Positions 25,531-39,500 of a stretch of DNA of 64,000 bases are shown here, in pieces. Both the position numbers and the translations under genes were made by a program. Position 1 is the stretch's first letter. Each line of letters begins with the position of its first letter. The DNA comes from Azolla caroliniana (lineage: Eukaryota; Plantae; Polypodiophyta). The stretch spans positions 15,252,001 through 15,316,000 of the forward strand of contig JBHGNT010000009.1 of the NCBI GenBank assembly GCA_043228905.1. Reading direction: 5' to 3'. Below the pieces are notes generated by a model that saw only the letters and a program-made list of their open reading frames with translations, made no database searches and was not told the origin of the DNA.

Positions 25531-27565
25531 TCTAGTTTAGTTTAGTTTAGTCTCATGGGAAATGGTACCTCGGCCTTTCCAACAAGATAAATTATGCAGG
25601 TTATTGATCTCCACCAATAACTAAATGCTGCGGATGAGATTGTGTCTGTTCTCCATCACTACCACCACCATCGTCGTCGTCATCTACTTGCATACCTAAC
25701 ATGTTATTCACTTCTTGCTCAGAGTCCATGAAAGCTTTGGCAAGAAAATTATGCCACATTTATCATATCTTAACCAATATTGTTGCGGGCTGCAGCATAT
25801 ATGCTACTTGTGGGTTTCTTTATTTATTTTCTTCGGGCATATGATGGTACTTTCGATTATGGATGATGTTTTGGGTTTTTATCGTCCAAAGTTGCAGTGA
25901 GCCAAAATATTTATGCTCAATAAACAGCTCATTGCCATGTAGTAATGGGATATGCTTTACATTTAAGATTGTGAAATTTGCAGCAATAATTGCATTGGTA
26001 ATGTATACAAATGACCTTGTCTATTGCATAAACCTGGAAAATGGACCCTCAATGTGTAGCTTTGGGTGGACATGGTTCTTTACTAGTCTGTGCTTGTAGT
26101 GAAAATAGAAATATGGAACAACCTTTGTGTGCACACTGCAAGGTATCAAGCAAGCCAATCTGTCTCATGCATTTATGCAAATCGTATATTGAGGAGTTTT
26201 CTATACTTAACCAATGGATTGAGTGAGTCTTTGTTTTTAATTGAGATCCATGATATCAGATTAATCTATGTGCTTTAGATATAGTGCTTTGGCTTTATCT
26301 AATTCATATATTATGTTTAAGACGTGTTTGAAGTTGTATTAATTCCAACCCTAGTAAGGTTCCTAATCATTTAGGGCAATAAATTATGTTTAAAGCTTGA
26401 TGATTGAAATATTATTATGTTAATTCTAACTCATCCAACTTAATTCTGAATCTCTAATTAATGTATGTATCCTACCCCAACCCCCTTTCACATAACTAAT
26501 TGAGAAGTTAAAATATATAATTACAACGTTATTAACTGCTCATGCTTCTCAAATTATTTAATTGTAAGTATCCATGTCATCAACCACCCTTGCATTAAAA
26601 GGCATTGTGAGCGACCATAAAATAGGTGTTGCCATCATTCTAGATTCTAGTCATGTCATGAACTCTTGTGCAACTCTCACACATTGTCTCTGTGAATCTA
26701 CCCACACAACATAGTTAATGATGTGCAACTTATAAGACATTACCTAACTTAATGGTGACAGATTTGATCATTACACGATTTAAACCCTTAGGTGACCACT
26801 AAGTTTAGCCCAAATCATGAACGACTTCATGTTTACCATCTATTATAGTGCCTGTTCTTGTTTGACTATTTTGGATGCAATTCCTTCAAAACAAGTAAAG
26901 GACAAGATTTACAGTATTTTCTTTTACATACTTTCATCAAGCTCAAAGGAGCAACATTAATGACTTTCTTTTTGTGCTGTTACATCTATCATACTCGCAA
27001 CTAATTTGCCATATTCGATCTTTTTAAGGAACATCTACAATCTTGATTTGCATGCTTTGGTGCAAAGCATACTCTTTCAAGTACAATAACATAACTCAAA
27101 CGTTGTACAAGAATTCCACACATTCAATTTATTTTCATGAACTTTTAGTAGTCAAAAACAGCTTGATGTACACCTCTGAACATTACCATCATGACATCCC
27201 ATCATACCCTCACTGGCATAATGAGAATTCCTCTAAATTAAATCTATTAATAAACATAGAATTGGCCAAGTGGTTTGGGCACTTGCCCTTGGTAAGTCAT
27301 TGGTTGGGAGCTTTAATTCCTGCTCCATTTTTAAATTACAGCAAATATAAGAGGTCTAAAGGAGTTGTGCCAAAATCCTCTCAACGAAATCTATAACAAG
27401 ATTTCGAGATTTTAAGGCTGAACTTTCATATACATTATGCTCCTTTTTATTAGTGCTTTAATATAAAATATGTATCTAAACATGTAATTGAGCTCCATAA
27501 TTCCAAATGGTAAAACTATCGAGAACATATATTAAAAAAGAGTGCAGATGAAGACCATAGCGTCA

Positions 27566-30500
27566 TCACATATTCATAGACATGGATGATGCTGGAAAAA
27601 CCCGATCCAGAAATGTATATACACCCCCTCCAATTAGCAATGCTCCACTGCAACAAAAATAACCTCTCTCTCTCTCTCTACAAAACACAAATCTACACAC
27701 AAGGACATTTAATTCCACATTTCGGATGATTTCAGAGAAAAAATCGAAGTTTCATCACTATTCTTAACATATATAGAAGATACTCATGGAAGCTGAGATT
27801 CAGTCATATGCCAATGCAACTACGCTGCACACAATATAGCTCACTTTGAGACAGGACAATGGGCATGTTTGGATATGAAGAAAAGATTATGCATATTTTG
27901 CAACATGAAATATGGAGATAAAACAGCATTTTATGCTTAGTTTCCTATTCTTGGGAGAACCTTAAACCCATGAAAAGATTGTCTACACATTTCGGCGTTG
28001 GGGACATATTCAGCAGAACAATTAGAGTACCGGGGATAGGCTAACTAAAATTGAAGTCCTTTAAGAGGGTACATAAAAAGCATTGTACTGTTCTTTGGTT
28101 CCCCTTGGTCATACTTGACGTCCCAAGGACCATAATTTCTCTTTCTTTTTGAGAAAAACAGGGTTTATATTAAGTGTAGAAAATGTGTGATAAGCAAAGT
28201 AAATGAAAAGAACCCACTAATTCAAATCCAGAAAAAGGTCCATCTAAGAGAACAAATCTCATAGAAGGTGAAGTGCACCTTTGCAGATTTGCTAGAACCA
28301 AAAACTAGTAAGCCAAACTGTCTCAACTGCCATTTTTTTTCAAATTCCATCTCTGACAACATGGTATTATACCATTTCTTACTGTCCTGTCCATCCATTG
28401 CTGCCTTGAAGGAAGACAGTTCACAAGAGTCTGTCATCATTACATAAAACAGCCACATTATTTGCTCGAGGAACAAATCTGTTGGGTTGTTTAGTATGTT
28501 GGTGCGTGGCAGCTCTAGACCAAAACATATTGAAGTGCATTACCATTTTGTTCGTGAATTAGGGAAATCACAAGTCATCAACTTGGCAAATTGTCCTACT
28601 CAAGAAAATGTGGTTGATTTATTTACTAAGCCACTTCCAAGGCAAGCCATTGATCAACTCCTTGGTCGACTCAATGTTGGACCGCCGTTCTGGAGCTGAG
28701 AGGAGGTGTTGGAGGGTGGCAACTCTAAACCTGCACTCTCTTTCATCTTTATTATCTTTGTTCTACATTCTCTCTCTTACTAGATTCTTCTCTCTCTAGA
28801 ATCTACAACTCTTTAAATGCCTTCTCTCTCTATAATCTACAACGCTTTAAATGCCTTTTCTCTCTTCTGGATCGACCTATGCTAGAGATCTTTCGAAGAC
28901 AAAAGCTACAATATACCTAACTTGAGAATCTCACATGTGCCAAAAACCAGATTCCCTCGTTTCTTGTCTTTTCATCTTATTTACTTTTATATTTACTGTG
29001 TAATATTTATTTTATTTTGATTTGTTCTCAAAGACGAGAAAACACTCAAGATACAATCTCTTATTTGGTCTTATAGGCCATTTTGGCCTCTTAAAAAGAC
29101 ATTAATATATCTTTCTTTCTTTCTTTCTTCCACTTTTTCCAAGATATTCCCTCTTATTCCTAGTTTATTGTACCTGTTTGGCTTTTGTAAAGACTTTTAC
29201 TTTTGTTGCTACTTATAAACAAGCTCTACTCTTTTTCCCTCATCTAAGCCTCACCTAGTATCTAGGGAGGAGTACACAGACCCTGAGCATCCACTTACAA
29301 CTGCTGCGAATTCTCAGCCTTTTGTGACACAATTTCTCTTCTTCCCAACACACCTGATATGAATACATTTCTTGGCATGCTACAAGACAGGGCAACAAGG
29401 AAGAAAAGTGCTCAAACTTCCAATGAGATGCTTCTACATGCGAAAAGTAAAGGCAAGTGGAAGCAAAATGGCAACTCAATCCAAGACCAACAAACAACCC
29501 AGCCTAAAAGGAGATCGCCTATCATTATTGTGGCTACAAAGGCCACATTCAGCCCGACTGTCGGAAAAAGAAAAGGGACAATGCCAAGAAATCTTCTTCT
29601 ATCGAAAGTCAACCTACACCAAAATCAAACTCGGTCCACTCAGCCAAAAAGAAACAGTTTTCCTTGGCATTGAGGAACATTCTTCACATTTGGCTGGACC
29701 AACTACCTCAACCATTGATGAGTGGTTAGTAGACAATGGTGCCACGGCACACATGACGTATGACAAATCCATTTTGCATGATGTGAAGCGTAGCTCCTCC
29801 CAAATCTCCATAGGAGATGCCTCAAGCATTGAGGCTTTGTGTGTGGGTAATGTGTTTCTTAACACTTCTTCAAATGACGAACCTGCCGTTCTTCAAGATG
29901 TGCTACATGTGCCTCGCATCTCTGCCAACCTACTTTCGGTCTACCGAATCACTAAGCAAGGTTATGGAGTCTACTTTGACAGCTCAGTTTTGGAAGTTAT
30001 TGACACCAAAAGACTACAAATTGTAGCTAGTGGCATACAAGAAGGGGGTTTATATCGCCTGAAAAGTTCCCATAGCCCATTGAAAAAATCCAAATCTCAT
30101 CTTCTTCAAGGCTCTCATGCCTTGGTTGCACAAGAAGATCCCATGTTGTGGCATGCTAGGTTCGGTCACCTCAACTACGATTCTCTACAAAAGCTCTCCT
30201 CTTCACAGCTCGTTGAGGGTCTACATATTTTCAAAACTCCCACATGTGTTGCTTGTCTTCATGGCAAGCAACATCGAGTGCTTTCCCTCATGAAGCCACT
30301 CACCATGCAACATCTATCTTGGAGTTAGTGCACATGGATCTTTGTGGTCCCATGAAAACCACTACTCTTGGTGGTGCACGCTACGTCATGCTTATAATTG
30401 ATGATTTATCCCGCAAGGTTTGGGTTTATTTTCTTGTAGAGAAATCTTTTGTTAAGAACGAGACATCAAATAATGTTCGAAAGATCAGGTCGGACAATGG

Positions 30501-33500
30501 AGGACAGTTTATCTCCCAACCTTTCCACCATTTTTGCTCTCAACGAGGCATTGCTCGCCAATTTTCTACACCCAATACTCAACAAAATGGTATTGTGAAA
30601 AGGAAGACCCGGACAGTCCAAGAGATGGCTGGTACAATGCTATTTTAATTTGATCTTCCTCTCTCGTTTTGGGGTGAAGCTGTCAACACAGCAGTCTACA
30701 TCATCAAGTGCTGCCCAACAAAAGCAGTTGTTGCAATTAACAATCGGCAACGGTTCAGTTTGAACCGAACCGAACTGCGAAACCACAGTTTAATGGCTTA
30801 ACGGTTTCACCGGTTCGGTTCAGGGTTAGGTTTTAAAAAACGGTTCGGTTTGGTTTCAACAGTCAAAAACCGCAGTTTAAACGGTTTAACGGTTTTTTCT
30901 TTTTGTTAATTTTTTAAGAAAAAAATTAAAAATTTGTTTTTAAACAATCTTTTCATTTTTACACCTTATTCTCACATTTAAGGAACATCTTAAAAATTTT
31001 AAAAATTCTAAATAATGAAATTTTATAAATTTAAAAAAATTTAAAAATTTAAAATTAAAAATTTGACTTATGTTGAAAACCGAAACCGAACCAGGAAACC
31101 GCGGTTTTTACGGTTTAATGGTTTAATGGTTTAACAGTTTAAAAAATGTTGAACGGTTTGGTTCAGGTTTCAAAACAAATAAAAGGGTTGGGTTCCAAAC
31201 CGTTGCCGATTGTTAACTGCAATGACCCCTCCAAAAGCATTTACAGGTGTAAAGCCCTCACTTTCTCATTTTAAAGTCTTTGGTTGTGATGCTTATGTTC
31301 ACATTTTAGATCATAAAAGGACGAAATTTGAGTCCAAAACCAAGAAATGCAAATTTCTTGGTTACAGCACACAATCTAAAGTGTATAGGTTATGGGATTT
31401 AGAATCAAAGTCCCTAGTCATCTCTAGGGATGTTCATTTTGTGGAGTCTCCGCCGGATGACTCTAGGATTTCACCTGAGTTCACGATTGAAATCCCAGCT
31501 CCTCCGGAATCTCCTATTTTAGAGAAAGATGTCTCACCTTCAAGCCCCCCATCTCCTCCTACTCAATCTCTAACTTCGCCAACAATTCAAACCTCTCCCA
31601 CAACTCCACTCGTTTCCCCTCCCTCTACACACCAGCTTCCACCACTTCCCAAGTGGCTTCAACCCACCATTTGTGATTCTCAACTCTCCAATGCTGAACT
31701 TCATGAGTATACATCTGGTTCTCCAACCAACATGAAAAGAACAAGTAGGTCACAACAGCCTCTTCACTCATGTAACTTTGCCTTATTGTGCACTGTTGTG
31801 CAATCACAAGAACCCACAACAGCAAAAGAGGCCCTTGTTCTTCCAAAGTGGAAAGCAGCAATGGAAGTTAAATTTGATTCCATTGAGCAGAATCATACAT
31901 GGGAGCTGGTTCCACGGCCTCAACATCGACCAGTCATTGGACTGAAATGGATTTTCAAGAACAAATACCATGCTGATGGTACTTTGAATAAGCACAAGCC
32001 ACGTTTAGTTGCAAAAGGCTACTCGCAAGTCATAGGAGTGGATTATGAGGAAACTTTTGCTCCAACAGCAAGGTACACCTCTATTCGATGTGCGGTTGCT
32101 CTTGTTGCTCACAACAAATGGCCCATCTTTCAAATGGATGTCAAGTCAGCCTTCCTTAATGGTGACTTGAAAGAGGAGGTTTATGTTGAACAACCTCCAG
32201 GTTTTGAGATTTCAGAGCAGAAAAACATGGTCTACAAGTTACACAAAGCCTTGTATGGCCTAAAACAAGCTCCCAAAGCTTGGCATGACAAAATTGATAC
32301 CTTCTTTTTCTCTCTTGGGTTTCAGAACTGTTATGCTGACAACAATCTCTATGTTTTTTCCCAAGATAATTTGCTATGCTTGATCATATTATATGTTGAT
32401 GACCTTCTAGCTTCTAAAATCGAGGAGCTCCACGCTGACCTCAAAACAACCTTTGAAATGACTGATCTAGGACTTATCCAGTATTTCATAGGTATGGAGG
32501 TCTATCAATCACATGGCGGTATCTTGCTCAGCCAACATAGGTATCTCAGGCAGCCAACATGTCAAATTGCAAGTCACTCTCTTGTCCAATGGATCTAAAC
32601 TCAAAGCTATCTCGGGAAGACAATTCTCCCATATTTGAAGATATCACGAAATATAGAAAGTTAATTGGGTTCCTTCTTCACTTAACTTACACCAGGCCTG
32701 ATTTGTCCTATAGCGTGAGTATTTTCTGCCAATTCTCAAGTGCTCCAAGACAAAGTTATTGGCAAGCAGCTATTCGAGTTCTTCGGTATTTGGCCAACAC
32801 ACTCGAGGTGGCATTGAGCTTGTTGGCTACTCAGATACTGATTGGGCAAGTGATATTGATTCTAGAAGGTCCACATTTGGCTATTGTTTTATGTTAGGTC
32901 CAAGCTTGATTTCTTGGAAATCAAAGAAGCAAAACTCAGTTTCTACTTCATCAACAAAGCTGAATATCGAGCCTACTTGGATACTTGTTGTGAGTTGATG
33001 TGGTTAATGCAATTATTTTGTCACATTGGTGTTTTTCAAGTCTCTCCTATTGCAATTTTCACTGACAGCCAAAGTGCCTCGTGCCTTGGCACATAGCTCA
33101 GCATTTCATTGTAGAACAAAACATATTGAAGTGAACTACCATTTCCAAGGCATATTGTCCTACTCAAAACATATTGAAGTGAAATCACAAGTCATCAACT
33201 TGGCATATTGTCCTACTCAAGAAAATGTGGCTGATTTATTTACTAAGCCACTTCCAAGGCAAGCCATTGATCAGCTCATTGGTCGACTCAATGTTGGACC
33301 GGCGTTCTGGAGTTGAGAGGAGATGTTGGAAGGTGGCAACTCCAGACCTGCATTCTCTTTCATCTTTATTATATTTGTTCTACAAGGATTTGGCCCATTA
33401 CGCAAGGTAATGGAATATGAGGACCAACGATGCCTAGGACTTTTCTTGCTAGAGCTCAAGAGACATCAGGAAAAGTTATTGAAGAATACAGCCACACAAG

Positions 33501-36500
33501 CTCATCCACAAAGAACAATCACAACTTTCTTTAGCCCCATCACTCCTAGTGCTAGAAGTCAACCCCGGGATACACAAATGGGCTTCAAACCAGGACATAA
33601 CAAAGGGGTTACAATTGATCGGGCAATGGCAATTTGCCATGCACGTAGGCCCCGCCTCCATGGACCATGACCTCAACACCCTTGTCATCGACAGATAAAA
33701 GCCATTATCTCCCGCCATCGTAGGTGCTTCCCTCGCTTCGGAGACATTTCCATTCTGGATCAACCTATGCTAGAGATCTTTCGAAGACAAAAGCTACAAT
33801 ATACCTAACTTGAGGATCTCACATGTGCCAAAAACCAGATTCCCTAATTTCTTTTCTTTTCATGTTATTTACTTTTATATTTACTGTGTAATATTTATTT
33901 TATTTTGATTTGTTCTCAAAGACGAGACAACACTTAAGATGTAATCTCTTATTTGGTCTTATAGGCCAGTTTGGCCTCTTAAAAGACGTTAATATATCTT
34001 TATTTCTTTCTTTCCTTCTCTTCCTAGATTCTTCTCTCTCTAGAATCTACAACTCTTTAAGTGCCTTCTCTCTCCATAATCTGCAACACTTTAAATGTCT
34101 TTTCTCTCTTCCACTTTTTCCAAGATATTCCCTCTTATTCCTAGTTTATTGTACCAGTTTAGTAGTACAAGAGTCACTTAACTACCAAACAACCATTTCA
34201 CCCACTTTCCCCAATTTTGTATAAATAGGCTATACCAGCCTCTTTTGTAAAGACTTTTACTTTTGTTGGTACTTAAAAACAAGCTCTACTCTTTGGTTGT
34301 GTTTCTACTCTTTGCAACCATTTTTCTACTGCTGCCTAACAGCCTTCTCACAGCTTGGCTGTGTCTATTTTGTTCTAATAACTGTTCCGCTGCTGCTATT
34401 AACACCTTTTCTCACATAGTAGCCCTAGACAATCTCCTAACCATTGACCACTGTTTGCTTCCTGTTGAGCCTGCAACCTGCAAATCAGCATTAACAGTTT
34501 GCTGGCCTGGCTGTTCCTGCACATTGCTGGCTCATCATTATGGGCAATGGCTATCTGATCATTTCCTGCATCATTTTCTGCATTTGCAGGTACAGTTACA
34601 GCAGGTATTTGCTGCTGTACAGACGGCACATTTTGCTGGCCAGAAGGTATTTCTTCTCGGAACACAACCCTATGAACTTACTGTCTTTACAGGCTGTTTA
34701 TGCATGTGATTTTCCTAGAAGATAACATCATTGCTGTGTACTGTATTCCTTTTCAGGGGATCTCACAATCTACCCCACATTTCCCCTTCATCACCATATC
34801 CTAGGAAAATACATTTACAGGACTCTGGCTGTGTTCTTTGTTACAAACGTGCACAAAAGCCTCGTGGCCCAACACTTTCAGGTGAGCATATAATGGTGGC
34901 TTGCCCAACGATGCTTCCTAAGGGGTTCCTTCCCCCAAAGATGTGTTTGATGACCAATTATTGAAGTGAACAGCTGTCATAATAGCCTCTGCCCAAAAGC
35001 CATAGGGTAATGCAGCATGATACAGCACAGCACGGATATTGTCCTGTATAGTCCGATTCATATGCTCTACAACTCCATTTTGGGGTGGTTTATGAGAGGT
35101 GGTGAGCTCCCTCGTCCCTTTGCTTTCATAAAATACCTGAAAAGCCTTGGACACATATTCCCCACCACTATTAGAGCAAAGGCACTTGAGTGTCTTATCA
35201 ATCTGATTGTTAACCAATGTCAAGAATTTTTTTAACTTGTCAAGCCCTTTGTCCTTGCTATGAATAGGGTAAATCCATACCTTCCATATAGTATCATCAA
35301 CAAAAAGTGACAATATTTCTTTCCCCCTAAAGATAATTCTAGCATCACATACATCTGAATGTACTACCTCTAGAGAAGAAAATTTTAGCCAAAGAGACCA
35401 TTTATGAGACGTTTGAGCATGCATACCATAAACACAATAATTACAATGTTCAAAATCAGCGTAGTGCACGGAAGGCATGGTACTTGGTCTTGAAAATCCA
35501 TTTCAGTCCAATGGCTTGCCTATATTGAGGCCAAGGGACCAGCTCCCATGTATTATTCCGCTCAATGGAATTAAGTTCAACTTCCATTGCCGCTTTCCAC
35601 TTTGGAAGAACAAGAGCCTCTTTTTCTGTAGTGGGTTCTTGTGATTGCACAACAATGCACAGTAAGGCAAAGTTGCATGAGTGAAGAGACCGTTGTGACC
35701 TGCGTGTTCTTTTCGTGTTGGTAGGAGAACAAGCTGTACACTCATGAATTTCGGCATTGTAGAGATGGGAATCACAAATGGTGGCTTGACGCCGCTTTGG
35801 AAGTGGTGGAAGCTGGTGTGTAGAGGGAGGGGAAACAATTGGAGTGAGTTTTGGAACTTGGCAATCAATGATGCACAAAGTCTTCTTCAGTGGTCTTGCT
35901 TTTTAAGGAACAAGCTGCTTTTTCTAAAGAGAGACAAAATCTGTGATCTACTCCATAATATCAGAACCATCAGAAATTCAAAGATTGGTTAAAATGGCTC
36001 TCCAGAGCTATCATTTGAGACTTATTTTGTCTTTGATACCTTTTTTTGAACTGCATCCCGCAATTCTCGAGTTGTCTCATTATCTTTTCCATAAATTCGG
36101 AAGGAACCTAAGGCTTCATGTTGAAGAGGATAAAAAATGAGCCAAGAGTCAATTGTAACTTGTGTGAGAGATGAAGATAAAACATTTGAAGTATCCTTAC
36201 GATTGGGCTCAATCCCGTAACAATAAACAAATGTATTGCAACAAGGTCATGATCTACCATTCCCAATCAAGATAGTTTGTTCCCTAATATTCTTTGGAAG
36301 GTTGAGCAAGGGTGGAAGATACAATAATGTCATTCGAAGCCATGGAGTCACTCTTCTTAAGTTGTAAACAGATTGTGGTAACTACATGCGAAGGACTGCC
36401 TACTCCCTAAATGATCGTTTAAGTGGGACTATTTAGGGTTGTTTGGAGTGCCTCCTTTGTAGAGTGGGAGGGATGGAAATGGAAAAAATGAAACAGATTG

Positions 36501-39500
36501 TTGGCTGCTCAAAGAAAACTGAATTCGATGGGAGAAAAATATGAACAATGAGAGGCTACTGGCAGCAAATAAATAAATAATAACTAATAAGAAATATATT
36601 TCTTAGTGAGCCACAAAGCATTAAATACAAAAATGAGAGTGGGGTTTATAACAAATGCAATTATGTAAGGGGATAAAATATACTTAGGAGCATAATGATT
36701 TTAAGTAGTGGAGAAAACTAACGATGCAGTGAATGTTATAATGATGACGTGGCAAGTTACAAACTTTTTTGCCTCTACATGCATGTTCACTATATTGCCA
36801 TGCATCTGTCGTAAACTCATTAGTATTCCCTATATGAGCTACAATATCGTTTTAGTGTACTCAATTATAACAGTATTTTTCTAAAATGCTAGTATTCATA
36901 TTAATTTCAACTACAGGTGGATTTATTTTAATGCTCAAGATTTCCTTCAAACATTTCAACTAATCATGGATGCAAACCTTGTCGGGTTAACCCAAGCTGA
37001 ATATTTCCGAAATGAAAGAAGCCGCTGATACATAAGAAGTCAACAGTGCTAAAGTTGTTAAGAGATTGGATCTCTATATGGTAGCAAAACAAATATTAAA
37101 TCCTAAAATAAAGGCATATTCAAACCTGAAGTGCTCCTGCAAATGAAGCAGCAACCAACAGGGGTACAACATACCCCATTGTATAAGCTAAAAGAAGGCC
37201 ACCTCCAAGTAAGGGGTCCTTCAAGAAAGCACAGAACAAGTTTGAATTAACAAAATCTTAATGAAGAGATAAATATGAATGTAATACTGATCTTCAACCT
37301 GAGAAGTAGCCACATAGGCTAATATGGTTGCTAGAACAGGAGTACTGCAAGGAGAAGCTGCAAGTGCAAATGTAAGACCAGCAAGATATGCTTGTAGACC
37401 TGCAGAGCAAACACAAATAAAAGTGAGCAAGAGTATATCTCATATTTAATAATTTTACTATTCATGACATTTAGATCAATTATAGATCAATATGTTACTT
37501 GATGGAAGGCTAGCTGCTGCTTCACGAGCATCGAAGTCACCGAAGAAAGATGGCAGTTGTAGCTCAATAACCTTAAAAGTGCCAATCAGAAGACAGAATT
37601 GAGAAGACAGAATGTGACTGAGATAATGTGTGAGTTTGGTATCATCATTCCGTTTATCCTTTCATGGACTCATCTATTTTTTTCGTTTTTCATTTTTATA
37701 TAGTACTAGTTGAACTTGGAAGATGAACTGGATTTCAGACAAGTTATGTGAAGCTCAACAGCATAACTTCAGCAATACAAACAATACAACTGGAAACAAG
37801 TTTGATTCTTTGGAGTTAGGACAAACCTTCCCACAAGACCCAGAATAAAAGAAAGATAGATTCGCATCTTTTTAAGGGGCCAAAATGGCCTACAACTGAG
37901 CAAAAGGGTAACTAATTAGTCTTATCATTTATGGCTGCCATATTCATGATGAGGAAGATAAATTTCTGGAAATGAACATCAGATCTGGTGAAGACTCTCA
38001 TGCTCAATAGCAATCTAGACAAACAATTCATGATGAACATGCTACAGCTGCTCATCCAATACATGAAGGTAGTAGGGCATTTTGTCTGGTCTATACAGAT
38101 GTGAGAAGGCACAATCCTTCTGTATGTGAACACAAAATCTAGTTAAAGAAGGATGCAACAGCCGCCAAGAAAAAATGTCGTGAACCCTAACTATGCGAAG
38201 AAAGAAACGGAGGAATCTGAACCGTATGGTTGGTTGTACCAATAGTGATAGATCCTAAAAAGAATAGAAAACTAGGGATATCTATAGCTATCAGGAAATC
38301 AAAATATGTAAATGAACTTGATTCTTGCCTAAAAGGAGGTGGAGAGCCTTGATAAACCAGGTATAGGTGAAAGAAAGAGAAATGGCACAAGCAAGCTGAG
38401 AGACGGGGGTAGCCATAGTTTTATTGCCAAATCTAAGACTTCTTAGTTTTGGGATATCATTTTATTAAGTCTGGACAAATTAGCAGCTTGGACAGTGTGA
38501 GTAGGCTAAAAATGTCTCAGTGAACCAGAGGACAAAATACCATGTTTGTACAAGTAAGAAAATTGTTTCTCAAAAACTCTGATCAAGAAAAATTATGAGG
38601 AAATTCAAAGTGTACATTAGGAGACTCATTGGGACCTTTACCCTCCAACAACATCTCAGTTAACAGGCACTGTGTCTTTAGGAGGCAGTTAATGAGAACA
38701 TCTGCAGGATTCTGTGATGTGTCAACCTTGTTCAACGAGATCAGAACATCCTCAAGTATCTTCCTGTAGGTATAGCAATCTCACTGTGTAGGCATGCTAA
38801 CCATATGGCTTCATTGCAAGCCTCAATAGCTGCAATATGTTCAGCCTCGGTACTAGATACTGCAATTACTTGTTGCTTGAAGTGCAGCACTTCATCCAAA
38901 TCATCATCAATCTGATAGAAATCCAAACAAGATCAGTTGTGAGAGCCACACAAAGCTTTTGCATACAAGCAGCCAAGAGGACCCCTCTTCTTACCTTTTA
39001 CAGCCAACATAGTAACCTTGGTCAATTTCTACGAGGCACCATTGAACACATTATTATATCCATGTATATCTCGCTGTCCCACAAATAAAATACTTGAGCA
39101 CATTATTATATCCATGTATATCTAGCTGTCCCACAAATAAAATACTTTTCGTGATGCTGGGTACATATCTGATATCATGCACTACAAGCTCTTGGATATC
39201 AGGCAAGACCAAATGCACTATGCTAATTCCATCCATAGAACAGGCATGAGCTTTACAAAACATTACCATCATAACTGTTTGCATGAAATGTAGATATCAC
39301 ATGAAAGGATGCACCTGAATCCAGAATCCAAGCCAACAAGGCATCAATTCATCTTTGGTGATTTTCGTGTCTTGTACATAGAGGTCAAAGGCATCATCAA
39401 ACATAGTAGCACAAAGTACGTGTTTGGCAGCATCAAATAGCTCCTCAATAATGACAATAGTGACCACATTAGTTTTCTCCTTGCTTTTGAAACTGCCTTG

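Larger units (their letters stand above)
28510..34727 (+). mobile_element. Ty1/Copia tandem structure: RNase H end-PPT-LTR1 (28707, truncated), gag/PR/INT/RT/RH (29300-33316), PPT, LTR2 (33324-34727); lies in the last CcdA intron
   Basis: [11 protein letters not shown] protease, [39 protein letters not shown] and TKHIEV motifs. Both LTRs start TGTTGGA(G/A)GGTGGCAACTC after TGAGAGGAG. Confidence 0.92.

Noticed and set aside
34263-34709. Hydrophobic 148-aa ORF and its Q-rich antisense ORF as an env-like gene
   Set aside because: Lies within the LTR in CTG-rich sequence with no supporting motifs.
37912-38390. Short minus-strand ORFs as a gene
   Set aside because: Fragmented, adjacent to the 3' end of a Copia remnant and probably LTR-derived.
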